Below are positions 48,380 through 61,426 of a stretch of 64,000 nucleotides of DNA, one piece after another. A model generated the notes under the pieces. That model made no database searches. It was not told the DNA's origin and saw only the letters and a list, made by a program, of their open reading frames with translations. Source of the DNA: Antedon mediterranea (lineage: Eukaryota > Animalia > Echinodermata); contig NC_092672.1 of NCBI RefSeq assembly GCF_964355755.1, positions 28,216,437 to 28,280,436 on the forward strand, in the 5' to 3' direction. Position 1 is the stretch's first letter, and every line of letters starts with the position of its first letter. Position numbers and translations under genes: made by a program.

Positions 48380-50015
48380 GGGCCTGTTTCTGCTGCATCA
48401 AAAGTAACCGGTTAAAATCGGTGTGAATAAATTAAAATCGGTGTGAATAAATTAACTCCATTTTCTTGGCAGCAGAAACAGGACAAATTTGTGGTAACCG
48501 GTTAAAAGGCAGCGCAAAATAACCGGTTAAAAACACCAATTTAAATCGGTGTTAGAACGCCGTTTAACCGGTTATCGCTGAGCAATTCTTAGCTGCAACA
48601 CGAAATAACGGTTATTTGATTGACAGTTGTGACCCCGGGTCAGATACCGTCGCATACGATGTGTGTTTTCCTCGTGGTTTTGACAGTCGAACGAAGAAGT
48701 GAACATGTATGTGGATGAATGAAATCACAAGATATGTTATTCAGTTGTGGGGGGAGAGAAAGTACGGGGAAGGATGGCAGGCAATAGAAAAGAATCACAG
48801 ATAATAAATAAGAGCATTTTTGCGAAAGTAAAAGAGGAGTTTGGGGTGGAGTTCCGGGGACTACCCAAAGCTAAGCAATTTGAGGCGTTTAGTACACGCT
48901 CGCGAAGGGTATGGATGGTCCTATATAAACACCAAAACTGAAACAAAAAAGGGACTCAGAATGTTGCAAATACCTACCAAACGATAGTAGATAATGGTTA
49001 ATTAATTATGAAAACTCAAATTTTATAGCAAAAATCATCCGAATTTATGTTATAAACGATGAATTTAGCAACAAAAACTTAATCCAAACGAGCGTATTTA
49101 TGGCACGCCCTTAGTGCCTTTAATAGGAGAACAATGAACATTCTTACTTTGATCGTTTTACATAATATAATTTTTTAGAAAAACATCACATCGACCGAAA
49201 ACAAAGGTAATCAGAGCCTTTGATAATATATTAAATATGATTTTATTAAGCATAGAAATGTGTTATTATTTATGTTAGTACATAAATATACGAAATAATG
49301 TTCAATACTCATTACTTTATTAAAGGCACTATGTGCGTGCGATATTCTATGTAGTATGACTTGGATACTCTCGTTTTATTTAAATTTTTGTGGCTAAACT
49401 CATCGTTTTTAACATAAATTCGGACGATTTTTGCTATAAAAGTTGGGTTTTCATAATTAATTAACAATTATCTACTCTCGTTTGGTAGATATTGCAACAT
49501 TCTGAGTCTCGTTTTTTTTTCCGTTTGGTGTTTTGTAGGACCGCGCTCGCAAAAGACAACAGTCGTTCACGTGTGGGAAGGGCCGTATTTCATCGCCTTT
49601 GTTGAGGATAAAAATTATCCTAGGCGATCGGGCGCTGCACGACCCTCCCCATCATGTTATTGAAGGCGCCATGAGAATTAATTTTATTAGCGATGTAAGT
49701 AGGCTTTACAAAAAACAAAACTTGTAGACCTGGAGACAACATTTTATTTTTTTAACATGTTTGAGTGAGATGTTCGGCGATATAGGCACACGTGTGTACT
49801 CACGACGTCGATGTAAACAAACAGCCAACTTACTACTTCCGTCTGAGTGTATTGCATTTTGGGTAATGATGACGTTTTGCTCGACGACCACCCATAGATT
49901 TAACCGGTTATTTCGGAGCACAAATTGAGCAGAAACGCGGTCTTGTTATTGTTATCTATTTTTAATCTATTTAAAAATAACCGGTTAAATTGCGTTATGC
50001 AGCAGAAACAGACCC
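48380..50015. mobile_element. PIF/Harbinger-type non-autonomous element, 1.6 kb, with a long internal inverted repeat
   Basis: TIRs GGGCCTGTTTCTGCTGCAT / ATGCAGCAGAAACAGACCC and a 3-bp TSD TTG. Subterminal AACCGGTTA repeats. Internal IR arms at ~48917-49140 and ~49295-49543. Confidence 0.8.
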
Positions 50016-50090
50016 TTGGACTGTGTAGTAGATCCCTGGAATTTTGACATCACAATTAATTATGTGTCAAAATCTTTTTTTTTTTCAGGT

Positions 50091-53000
50091 ATGTTCTGTA
50101 ATAGATGTCTTCGTCATAGGACCTGTGTGTCTCAGGTCAGAGTTATGTACTCCTCTCAAAGTCAAAAGCTACAATTGATCTCCAGGCTACGAACACAAGC
50201 AACAAATGTCAGAACCCAGCTTTTTTCCTTAAGGATGGGCTGCCAACGAAGGAGAACTAATCCGATCTTTTTACAATTTTCATCATCTTCTTCTTCCGTT
50301 AGTTCTAAGGTTCGACTGACTGCGGATATGTATCCGGGTTTGAAGCGTGGTCCGTACGCTGCTCTGTCGGATGCCGATGCAACATTTTTTGAGGATCTTC
50401 TTCCTGGAAGAGTGATAACATGTCCGAGTGAGCTGTTAGGTCACAATACTGATTGGATGAATATATGTAGAGGTATAATAATGTATTTATATAGCAAAAC
50501 TTGCACTGATAAGGGGCTAGTGTTGCCCGAAAGCTCTGCTAACTTTTCTGGCTATTTGGTTATCCGCAACGAAGTTGCAGGATAACCTCTTGTGATTGTA
50601 CGAAATCATCATCATCATCATCATCTTTTTCTTAATCTTCTTTCTTTCTGTATGATTTTTGTGTAACGCTTTTCTCTAAAACTTGCAAACATAACATTTT
50701 GTTAACTATGTTAACATTTTGACATTTATGTAACGTCGTCAAGCGAAGCTTTTCATGATGTTTACAATTGTGCAACATGACGTACGCGCGATTTTCTCGT
50801 ATTTAACATATGTCGAAAACCAAATAACATTTTAAAGTGAAACTTTGCAAAAGTTTAATTTATATCATGCGCTTACTTTATGTTGAAAAGAAATTGGGTG
50901 TTTTACATAAAGTTACGCGTGCACGCGCATTTAAAATTTCAAAATGCGCAAAATTAATTTATAATCAACTTTCTACGCGTTTCATGTCGTTTTAAGCATG
51001 TCAAAAATTCCCACGCGTGCGCACATTTTTAAGTGTGCGGTGCGCACGTAGCATTGAAAACGTATTTTTTTCGCGTGATTTATGTTTTTCCAGCCTTTTC
51101 TAGTGATTTGACCAAATTTTAAACAATTTCGACTTAAAGATACGTCATACGAGCACGTCGAATTGGACAATTTGCGCGCGTTTTTTATGAAAAGGTTAAA
51201 AAATTCGTTTAAAATATGCCTTTTTTTAAACAGTCGTAATTTCTAAACTAGACGGTCAACTTTTTGTGGATGACATATTCTGGAAGTAGATGAGTTGTAG
51301 ATATCGGATCAGGTATTAATATGGCTAACCGGACATTGTGACGTCATCGTATGGCCACGCGAATATAAAATTTAGGATTTTTGTATCTTTCGTCATAGCT
51401 CATCACATTGAAAAGAGCGCATCTCCACTTATTCGTTTTCCATTTTCATCCCGATTTTGAAATTGTCTAGGTCAATCAACTATCTTTCGCATGAGTTAAA
51501 AATATTTTAATTTTTTTGACGTCATCATGCCTAAAAATTTAAATCACGTGTGGCATCAATTTCATCTTTACAGTAAATTTTAATCTGTTATAGCTCGTAA
51601 GAATAAAATGTGATAATCACGATTAAAACTTTTTCTGGAAGCTATTGGATTGTAGATACGAAATTATGTAAAAACGTTGCCAATCGGATGTTGTGACGTC
51701 ATCATATGGCCAGTTAAATAAAAAAGGTCGTATTTTCATCTTTTGCGTCATAATTCATTACATTTAAACGAGCGCGCATCAATATTTCACGTATTCAAAT
51801 TTCTTCTACACGTTAATACGTTGTTGCTGAGATAATTTCCTTTCGGAATTGCTACCTTCGCGTTTCATTTTAAAACCGTCAGACATGTTAAAAATTGCAA
51901 TAAATAGCGGGTCCCGTAATTTCACCTATTCTACACTGTATGTGATATGGATACAGATTATACTGTGTATACTATATATGAATTTAAATAATAAAATTCA
52001 GCAATAACAACATATCATATTCTTCAGTTCAGGTCATAATGCCAACGTGAACACTTCCTTTTGTCCTCAACCTATCCCCTTAATGTTAATGTTGGACCAC
52101 TTGCGCGGCGGATAACCAAACTCGTCAAAGTGACGAGTTACATGTCTAGTTACTTTATCGTTTTGATTTAGCTTTTCGCTTTTTTTTTTGTATCTCCATT
52201 GATATCCAGCCACTGATACCCACAGCATTGTCATTTTTTTCAGTAATTTGCCTTTGGATTTATATATCAAGCAGACGGTCCGAGTTCGAGTCTCGGTTGA
52301 GGCGACTTTTTCTCATTCTCACAGATTTCCTCATCTTTATCGTTTCAAATTAATTAATTAAAATTCAGTATACCACCGGGTGGTTTAGAATTAATGTTCT
52401 TTGCCTGCTGTGTTTATATATATAAAAGTATCTCTTCGGAGATCCCGCCTCGTAAATAAAAATACTGAAAGATGAGGGCGTATCAATTTGATCTCTGTTG
52501 CGCATGCGTACAACTGAGGACTAGTGCTGTTTCGCCATACCACGCCGAGAATGTTAAAGAGTCGCTATTCAATCGAGTAGCCATTTGTACACCTGATGCT
52601 AAAGTAATTGTCTTGCCTAAAGACACAGGCAATGCGACAAGCATGCATTTGATACTCCCGATCTCGCAATCAATCAAACTTCCAACACACTACACCATAC
52701 ACTAAGAGTCTTTACAGCACCCGACATGACATTCCCAGACGCTCTCCCATCTATAACACAACCAGGCCCAACATTGCTTAACTTCGGTGATCTGACGGGA
52801 ACCAGTTTTCCAATGCAGTATTATAACCAATTAATTAATTTCTTTAATGCTATCATAGGCAAATCAAGGAGGAGAGTGCTAAGGCCGCCTCTCCCAACCC
52901 CAACCCCAACCCCATAATTGACCGGTAACTACTATCTATCTATTTTTCACAGACTATTAATATTATATGCTTACCAGCACTTCCCCACCCCACCCCCCCC

Positions 53001-56000
53001 CCCCCAAATCTTTTTAAATTTTTAGAGAATTGGAAAATCTGTTTATAATATTTTCTGCATTTTCTTTTATTTAGGTTCAAGCCAAATTATGTTGAAACCA
53101 AAGACAACCAACGAAGTATCTAAAATTCTTGCATACTGTAATGAACGCAGACTTGCTGTGGTACCACAAGGAGGTAACACAGGTCTTGTGGGGGGCAGTG
53201 TGCCTGTATTTGATGAAATCATTCTATCAACTGCCTTAATGAATAATATTATTAGCCTGGATAAAAACTCAGGTTTGTAATGCTTAACATTCATATAGAA
53301 CAGTGTTAAATATTTCAGGCTGCTCTACTTAAACTGTCTGCCTTATTGTTATTACGCTTTCATTTTCTTGTGTTTTTAGAAATAAAATAAACTTTTTTAT
53401 ATAATCTTTATAATGTCGCTGTTCTTTCAAAACCTTGTATCTCTACTTATTGTGTTTTTAGAAATAAAATAAACTTGTTTATATAATCTTTATAATGTAC
53501 CCAATTTGTCAGGAGTATAATTGCGACATTTTTAGAGAAACAGCCAATCAGAATACAGTGAGTGTTTTGCATGTTTTAGATGCTCATAAACACTTTTAAA
53601 TGGTACATATCATTTTTAAACCAAACAGTAAATTTCTAGAAGAAGTCACCAAAATAATGGCAAAAACTGTAATTTTAAAATGTGAAATAACTCAAAATAC
53701 CCTATATCCTCATCTATAATCCCACTTTGGGTCAAATCCCACCCCCTACCTTATGTCTGATTTCACAAACAGGCATATTCCCGGGTATGGTCCCAGTATT
53801 GACTTTGGATCTGGTTGTACACCTCTTTCTAGCCAGTTCCATTTTTCCATATCTATAATTATTTATTTATTGGAATATGTGACATTTTCCAATTTATTAC
53901 ACATTTACATTACAAGCACAAAATACAACAAAAAAATTCCTGTAAAATTATGTTTTGTAGAGATTCAAGGTTCTGAAAAAATAGGAGCAAATCAATATAC
54001 TGTATATACAAATGTGCTGATAAAGAATACAAGTATTGACTGTGTTGAGGGGTCAAAGGTTAAGCAAATCATCAGTCATTATTATCTGTCCTATCAGATT
54101 CTACAAAATATGTCAAAAAACAGGTGGTCATTTGCATTATTGTATATATTTCCATTATCCAGGTGTTCTTGTGTGCCAAGCAGGTTGTATATTGGAAACA
54201 CTTGATAACTATGTGGCTGAGAAAGACTTGATTATGCCACTTGACCTCGGGGCAAAGGGCAGTTGCCATATTGGTGGAAACGTGGCAACTAATGCTGGTG
54301 GTATCAGACTGTTGAAATATGGATCTTTGCATGGTTCTGTGTTAGGTGTTGAAGCAGTAAGTGCTATGTGATCTGAGAGATCACACAGTAAGTGCTATGT
54401 GATCTGAGAGATCACACAGTAAGTGCTATGCGATCTGAAAGATTACAAATAACATCCAGATAGTGCATAAATTGACCCTTTTGGTTTACTAATGTTGGAG
54501 ATACATTTTCCACCTTTGACAAACACAAAATGTACATTAGCATATTATGACATGTGTTATCAATATTTTGATGTATTTTTATACAAATTATAGTGCCTTA
54601 GGTTTTTAAGGTGTTTTTATAAATCTCACGATATTGTGGAGTGGACACTAGTTAGTGCTGTCTGAGTTGAATCCCGACAATTGTCTTGAGATAGCGCCGG
54701 GCATAGTTTTATGGTCGTCGCGAGACGACTCATAGCGGCTCGCCGTACAACGCTGTCTTAGTTTGCCTTTACAGCTCATTCCCCTACGTTCAGAATGAAC
54801 ATAGGACTCACCTTTGCCTATACAGTGTGCATGTTTGGAGTGTTCCATTTTCTTTTGAAATTATAGTTTAGGAAACTAATGATTTTTTTAGGTGTTAGCA
54901 GATGGCCGTGTTATTGACTGTTTATCATCACTCCGTAAAGACAACACTGGCTATGACATGAAGCAGTTATTCATTGGTGCTGAAGGAACTTTAGGAATGA
55001 TCACAGCAGTCTCCATTTTGTGTCCACAACGTCCAAAATCAGTAAACGTTGCATTTTTAGGTTAGTTTTTATTTAAAGTCATTCCATTGTGTTCCTGTGT
55101 TGAACTTGTGAAGCCGATTTTCCACTAGGCAAATTTGTTCGCACGAATCGAAAGCGTCATGCTATGCGCATGCGTATTCGAGTTTCTGTCTGTCATACTC
55201 CCTTCTTCGACGAATTCTAGTTCCTTGATTTTTCGCTTCAGTGAAATTTACTAGTTTGAATTGTTTCTACTTTTTGCGAAGCAAAATATTGCGCAACCAA
55301 TCAGAGCTCATAAAATGAGCTATGACGCTTTTATGAGCACTGTTATGCGTATCGAAAACCTCTGCAGAGCCACACGAGAAACATGAATGTCGCAGCTATT
55401 CGCTCAGTGGAAAGAGAGTATGCGATTTTTTTCTCTTTGAAACATTGGATTTGCGTGACCAAAATAGTGGAAAAAAGCCTTTAGGTGTTTGAATCATTGC
55501 TTAGTCACTCAACACCTGTTTGACAACCAACACCAACATGTACCACCTATAATAGGCACATATATTAGCGCATAATGATTTAATTCGATTTGTTTATTTT
55601 TAATGACAAATACCAACCCTCTTCAATTTTGACATTTCTTGTTTTTCTTCACAGGTTGTTCATCATTTCACCAAGTTTTAGAAACATTAAAAAAGACTAA
55701 AAACTTACTTGGGGAAGTCTTATCAGCTTATGAGTTTTTAGATCATGAGTGTATGCACGTAAGTACAATATAGGGCTTGCCCACCTTTTTTTTCTGGTGC
55801 TATTAGTAGCCCAGCTTATTCCTGTTTAGTACCAAAGCAAGAATGACTGTAATGCTACCTATCCATCCCCTGAAGAGGAAGCACAACTTTGTGAGGCAAT
55901 TTCTCGCATGATTGTAATCAAAATGGTACTGGGTTTGGTCTACTAGCACTCCTGCTCCCAATTAGTCATCCATTCATAGAAGCGTTGAGGAAGAAAGATT

Positions 56001-57445
56001 GAAATATTTGTAGAGAAATAGAGTATACGATGTTAGTTTATATTATTGTGACTATATTCATATGATGTTATGCATAGTAAAGGAAGATGATGGTAGTTGG
56101 ATGTAATGATCTTGTATATCAATTAGACTGTCATGTGATCAATTGGTTAATCCATTATTTTATACATATTTAAAATTATTGTTATAAAAAAAAAAATGAT
56201 ATGTGTTACTATAAATTTCATAATATAAAAATATAGATATAAGTATAGTCGTTATCTCTGGACTATTGTGTAGTCACCACCAGGTAGGCTTACTTCATCA
56301 AGGCTTCTATGAATGGATAACTAGTTGGGAGCAGGAACGCTAGTAGACCAAACCCAGTACCGTTTTGATTATGATCATTTGGGGAAAAATTTCATGACAA
56401 TTGGGGATATGAATTCAATGTAGCATGATAGGTTTTGAATCTGTGAACAAGCAACAAAAATAATGACATATGCCACTGTGTGTTTGATTCAATCTGAGAT
56501 GAAAGATGAAAATAATTTCCCTCGGCCTTTAATATATGATGTACAATTATACAATAGTTAGTGACCAAGTACCTGGGGTTGACCAATCCTGTTGGCGACT
56601 ACCCTTTCTACGTTCTCATTGAGACATCGGGATCGAACGAGTCACATGACCAAGAGAAGCTTAATCATTTGCTGGATGTCGTCATGACAGATGGAAGTGT
56701 GGAGAATGGTACAGTTGCCATGGATACCACACAAATGCAGGTGGGGTGTCTTACTTTTTTTGCGACATTCAATCAAAATTCATTTAACAAAAGTATAACG
56801 CTATAATAGTACAAATATAGTACAATAGAACTTCTCCTTTGTGACACTCCTTTTAAGGGGACACATTCTTGTGAAGCGAATGATAGGAAATATGATTTAA
56901 CTCTACGGCCAACCCCTATTCAGGGGACACTTTGTTGGGTCCAAAGGTCTTCACTTAATATAGAGGTACTACTCTGTGTACATTCCCACATATGCCCAGT
57001 GTTTCAATATTTTGCTTATTTACAGAGTTTATGGGCTGTACGGGAGCGCATTGCCGAAGCTCTACAGCATGATGGCGCTGTCTACAAATACGACATCTCC
57101 CTTCCAATGGATGCCTACTACAAAATTGTTGAAGATATGCGAGAACGGATGAAAGGCGTTGCAATCCGTGTCGTAGGATATGGTCACGTCGGCGATGGTA
57201 ATTTACATTTAAATGTAACTGCACCAGAACTTAGCATAAAGGTTTTAGATTTGATTGAACCATACCTTTTTGAGGTTACCGAAAAAAACCGTGGGAGCAT
57301 AAGTGCTGAGCACGGACTAGGTTTTAAAAAAAAGAATTTTATTGGTTACAGTAAAAAACCAGAGGTTGTTAGCCTGATGAAAGATCTTAAGAAGATATTT
57401 GATCCTAACGGTATACTAAATCCATATAAAACAATAATGGTATAA
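50091..57445 (+). CDS. D2HGDH: D-2-hydroxyglutarate dehydrogenase, mitochondrial (549 aa)
   Basis: Exons 50091-50472, 53075-53272, 54163-54356, 54892-55060, 55655-55758, 56558-56740, 57026-57445 total 1650 nt with consistent phases. Motifs: [85 protein letters not shown]. The Arg/Ser-rich N-terminus resembles a transit peptide. Confidence 0.96.
50555..52151 (+). mobile_element. 1.6-kb non-autonomous Helentron (HINE) in a D2HGDH intron
   Basis: 13-bp subTIRs TTTGGTTATCCGC (50555-50567) and GCGGATAACCAAA (52108-52120). Also a 5' short IR, a (CAT)n microsatellite, a 3' hairpin AACTCGTCA-AAG-TGACGAGTT and the end CTAGTT. Internal diverged duplication ~51280 vs ~51635. Confidence 0.8.
52475..52830 (-). 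mobile_element. Decayed 5S rRNA-derived SINE-like element (5S head + tRNA-like segment + CORE-like domain)
   Basis: Minus 52830-52711 reads CCCGTCAGATCACCGAAGTTAAGCA..TGGGCCTGGTT..GATGGGAGA..CTGGGAAT..CGGGTGCTGTA (5S-like). It is followed by TGGTGTAGTG and GTGTCTTTAGGCAAGACA...CAGGTGTACAAATGGCTAC. Confidence 0.7.
54357..54449 (+). repeat. 31-bp x3 tandem repeat starting exactly at a D2HGDH splice donor
   Basis: GTAAGTGCTATGTGATCTGAGAGATCACACA at 54357 and 54388, with a diverged copy at 54419. Confidence 0.92.
55110..55482. mobile_element. Probable MITE with imperfect TIRs AAGCCGATTTTCCACTA / TAGTGGAAAAAAGCCTT
   Basis: Terminal inverted similarity within a D2HGDH intron. Confidence 0.45.
55908..56377. 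mobile_element. MITE with ~85-bp inverted arms
   Basis: aatcaaaatggtactgggtttggtctactagc...ccattcatagaagc is mirrored at 56301-56370. Confidence 0.8.
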
Positions 57446-57689
57446 TCGCTCATTTTTAACTCTCAAGATGTCCTTATAAAATTATTTGTAATGCTCCTTG
57501 AAATTATGTGATAAGGCGAAATAAAAATATTGTATGTGTAACACATGCACAACAACAATTTTAAATACTATTACATAACAATATTATATAATATTAATTA
57601 ATTTAATATTTTGACATTTTTTATAATAATATATGATCTAAAAATAAAAAATTTGATAAAAAATGTAAGTGCCTGTAACTTTGTTTTTT

Positions 57690-59023
57690 TTTAATAATGG
57701 ACAAAATATCAACTTTTCAAAATATTGCCATATATATATATAAATCATACTTTAAATTATAGAAACAGTGCTCATATTCGGAACTTGATCTCACAATCGT
57801 GTCGAGCATAGCTCATTGGCGAAATTTCCGTATTTTTGAGTTGTATGAAAAAATGTCTCTGGCGGAATTTGAACTATATATGGCCGGCTCTCTTTCGCCA
57901 ATGAGCTATGCTCAACGCGATTATGTTCTGAATAGGAGCACTGTTTCTATAATACAGTATGATTTATATATAATTTTTACACAGTGCTATGCAACACAAT
58001 TGATTTATATATATATATATATTGTGTTACCATCCTCTTATAGTATAGCAACCAGTTAAAACAAAAGCGGCAAAATTTGGTAATTGTTTAAAAATATCGC
58101 TGTATAGTACAGCGATTTTTTCAAAATATATCCAAATTATCTCTAAAATATCAACTTTTCAAAATTCAATTATGCCATATTTTGTGTTACCATCCTTTTA
58201 TAAAGCCAGCAGCCAGTTATGTTAAGGAATAAAAGGGTCAACATTTTGCCATTTTCTGAAAATATTTTTTCAAAAAGTTTTCAAAATATAAACTTTTCAA
58301 AATTTAATTACTATGCCATAATATTGCCATATATGTGTATATATTGTGTTACCACCCTCTTATAGAGCCATAGTAACCAGTTCTGTTATAAAAAATAAAA
58401 GGGTTGAAATTTGGCCGTTTAAAAAAAAAAAGTCAAAATTCAACTTTTCGAAATTGTATTATTATGCCATAATATTGCCATATATGTGTATATATTGTTT
58501 TTTTTGAAAATATCAATGTACTTACAGGGATTTTTTTTTTAAATAGCCAACTTTTCAAAATTCAATAATTATGCGATAATATTGCCACATATGCGCATAT
58601 ATTGTGTTATCATCATCTTATAGAGCCATAGCAGCCAGTTTTTATAAATTTAATTATTATGCCATAATATTGCCATATGTGAATATATTGTGTTATCTTA
58701 TAGAGCCTTAGTTATTTGGCAATTTTTCGAAAATATCCCTGTACTATAGTGCAGATATTTTCCCAAAAAATAGCCAAAATATCAACTTTTTAAAATTCGT
58801 TTTATCTCTCTAGAGCCATGGTAACCAACTAACCTGATTTTACGAAAATAATAATAATTTTCAAAGAAAATCCAAAAATAAAAGGGTTAAAATTTGGCAA
58901 TTTTTGGAAAATATACAGGGAATAATTTGTAAAAAGCCAAAATATCAACTTTTCAAAATATAATTATTATGCCATAATATTGCTATATACGGTATGTGTA
59001 TATATTGTGGTACCATCCTCTTA
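57690..59023. repeat. Degenerate satellite-like array (units of roughly 120-190 bp)
   Basis: Recurring atcaacttttcaaaa, tatgccataatattgcca and tattgtgttaccatcctcttatagagccatag. Confidence 0.75.
57756..57953. mobile_element. Palindromic MITE (ATTATAGAAACAGTGCTC / GAGCACTGTTTCTATAAT)
   Basis: Perfect 18-bp TIRs plus an inner IR gagcatagctcattggcgaaa / tttcgccaatgagctatgctc. Confidence 0.8.
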
Positions 59024-59467
59024 TAGAGCCATAGTAACCAGGGTCGAATTTGGCCAATATTAGAGCCATAGTAACCAGGGTCGAATTTGGCCAATATTAG
59101 AGCCATAGTAACCAGGGTCGAATTTGGCCAATATTAGAGCCATAGTAACCAGGGTCGAATTTGGCCAATATTAGAGCCATAGTAACCAGGGTCGAATTTG
59201 GCCAATATTAGAGCCATAGTAACCAGGGTCGAATTTGGCCAATATTAGAGCCATAGTAACCAGGGTCGAATTTGGCCAATATTAGAGCCATAGTAACCAG
59301 GGTCGAATTTGGCCAATATTAGAGCCATAGTAACCAGGGTCGAATTTGGCCAATATTAGAGCCATAGTAACCAGGGTCGAATTTGGCCAATATTAGAGCC
59401 ATAGTAACCAGGGTCGAATTTGGCCAATATTAGAGCCATAGTAACCAGGGTCGAATTTGGCCAATAT
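59024..59467. repeat. 12 identical copies of a 37-bp unit (TAGAGCCATAGTAACCAGGGTCGAATTTGGCCAATAT)
   Basis: 444 bp = 12 x 37, head to tail with no spacers. Confidence 0.97.
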
Positions 59468-61069
59468 GAAATGTCAAAGGTTTTGACGAGTAACGATACT
59501 GATAGAGGAAAATCTGAGTTCAAATCAACAAAATATAAATCTATTTTTTATATGTTTTGCTCATTTTTATTCGTTAATTTATATTAACTATTTAAATAGC
59601 ACATTTCAAAGAACTAAGATTTATAGCAAAACTAAACCAACTTTATACTGTATTCATTCAGGTGCAAGTCAACCCTTTAGAATATATTGTGTGTTAATAA
59701 TTGTAGAATATTAAAAGTGCTGCAATTTAGTAGTCTCCATCCAATTAGCGATACCATAGTTAGGGACCACTGTACTGAATGAACCTTTTCTAAACATACA
59801 ATCTGTAACATGCAAGATCCTGTGGCCTTATTCACAAACTCCGGATAAAAAATTTGAAAAAAACACCACTTTTTTTTTAAAGCGACTTATTTCACGTTTC
59901 ACTGCTGTCAACAACAGGGTTTTAAGTTGAAAATGTTTATACTAGAAATTTTTAACCCGGAGTTTCCCTTTAAGAGTGAATGGTGAATACTGCTACCGGG
60001 CAGTACATGTAAACAGCTTTTAGAAAACAGAAACACATCAAACTTGGTACAAATAAGCTAACAATTTGACAAATGAATTTAGAGGTGGGCTTATTGTTGA
60101 ATGGCAGTCTTATGGATGTGCTTATATCTGAACAAATACAGTAGTACAAAGAATAATATTAATATAAATGCTAAATACATAAAACAAAAGTCATGAAAGC
60201 GCCTCATATAAAATAAATCGAAAACATAATCTAAACAAGCAGTTTTATGAGTTGTGACAACGGATGGGCTTATCTAATTCTGTAAATAAAATAAATTAAA
60301 AACAGAAATAGAGAAAATAAACATGTTTTAACTACATTGCATAGAAAAATTCTACAAGAAAAAAAAAGTTTATTTAAAAATTCGGAAAAAATACTTATCT
60401 ATACAATTGGAATTATATCCTTATCAAGGTGCTGCTGTTACATGGGATGGATGACAGTATTTTTTTTCATAATATTACAAAAATATTTTTTCCGAACTAT
60501 TTATACAAATAAAAATATAAGCTTTATACAAAAGAATCCCCATTGAAATATAGAAGGGCGCTGATATTTAAACTGATTCATAATTTTAATGATTTGTGTT
60601 GGACGAAAGGCAATTGACAATGCATAGTAAATACAACAAATTGTTCTCGTACTAAGAATCGGTAGAGCGAATCGGGCATGCTTACATACAATACTAGCGT
60701 TGTGATAGCTAATGTGACAATGCCAAATCTGTTAGCTGCACAAATATAGTACAACTTTTCATTATTAGTGTGTTGTGGTCCTAAAACTTTATTTTCCACA
60801 TAACAACGCAAGTTGACCAATCACAATCAACAGTTTGGATGGTCCATCGTGTCGTGATTGGTCAAATTATGCGACCAAGCTTTACCATTGGGTCGTTCAA
60901 TCGGAAAGTACCTATCTAACGTACAACCAAAAATTACGAGGGAATGCCCACTCTCTGAAGAACAACAACTAGCGAACCCGAAATCATTAGAAAAAATTAT
61001 TCAGAAACCTCAATGATTTAACTTTATGAATACAACAACTATACAGGCAAAATTCTATGAAAGGAACAC

Positions 61070-61198
61070 ATATTAAAGGACCACCCTATTAAGAGATCAC
61101 CATATCAAGGTACCACTCTATTAAGGGACCACCTAATTAAGGGACCACTCTATTAAGGGACCATCCTATTAAGGGACCACCCTATTAAGAGATCACCT
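61070..61198. repeat. 16-bp degenerate tandem repeat (TATTAAGGGACCACCC)
   Basis: About 8 units are visible. Confidence 0.8.
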
Positions 61199-61426
61199 TA
61201 TCTTTTTGGAGTATATAATTGTTTTAAGTGTTTAACTGTATAATACATTTTTGGTGCTTCAATCATGGAATTAACAATTTATCTACAGTTTTAACTTTTC
61301 AAAAACTTCAAAACATATTTTGGCAATAAATATAAGGCTTGTTTTAACAGTACAAATAAACATCTCCTGAATTGGGGACAGTATTGCTGGCCCTGGAATA
61401 ACAACACGTATGAGGGCGCTTGTCAG

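Noticed and set aside
52711-52830. Functional 5S rRNA gene
   Set aside because: It has many substitutions, an insertion, a degraded 5' end and no oligo-T terminator, so it is treated as SINE or pseudogene.
56714-56727. Near-perfect X-box GTTGCCATGGATAC
   Set aside because: It lies within D2HGDH coding sequence (VAMDT), far from any promoter, and is probably chance.
59024-59467. CRISPR-like 37-bp repeats
   Set aside because: The units are head to tail with no unique spacers, there are no cas genes, and the context is eukaryotic.
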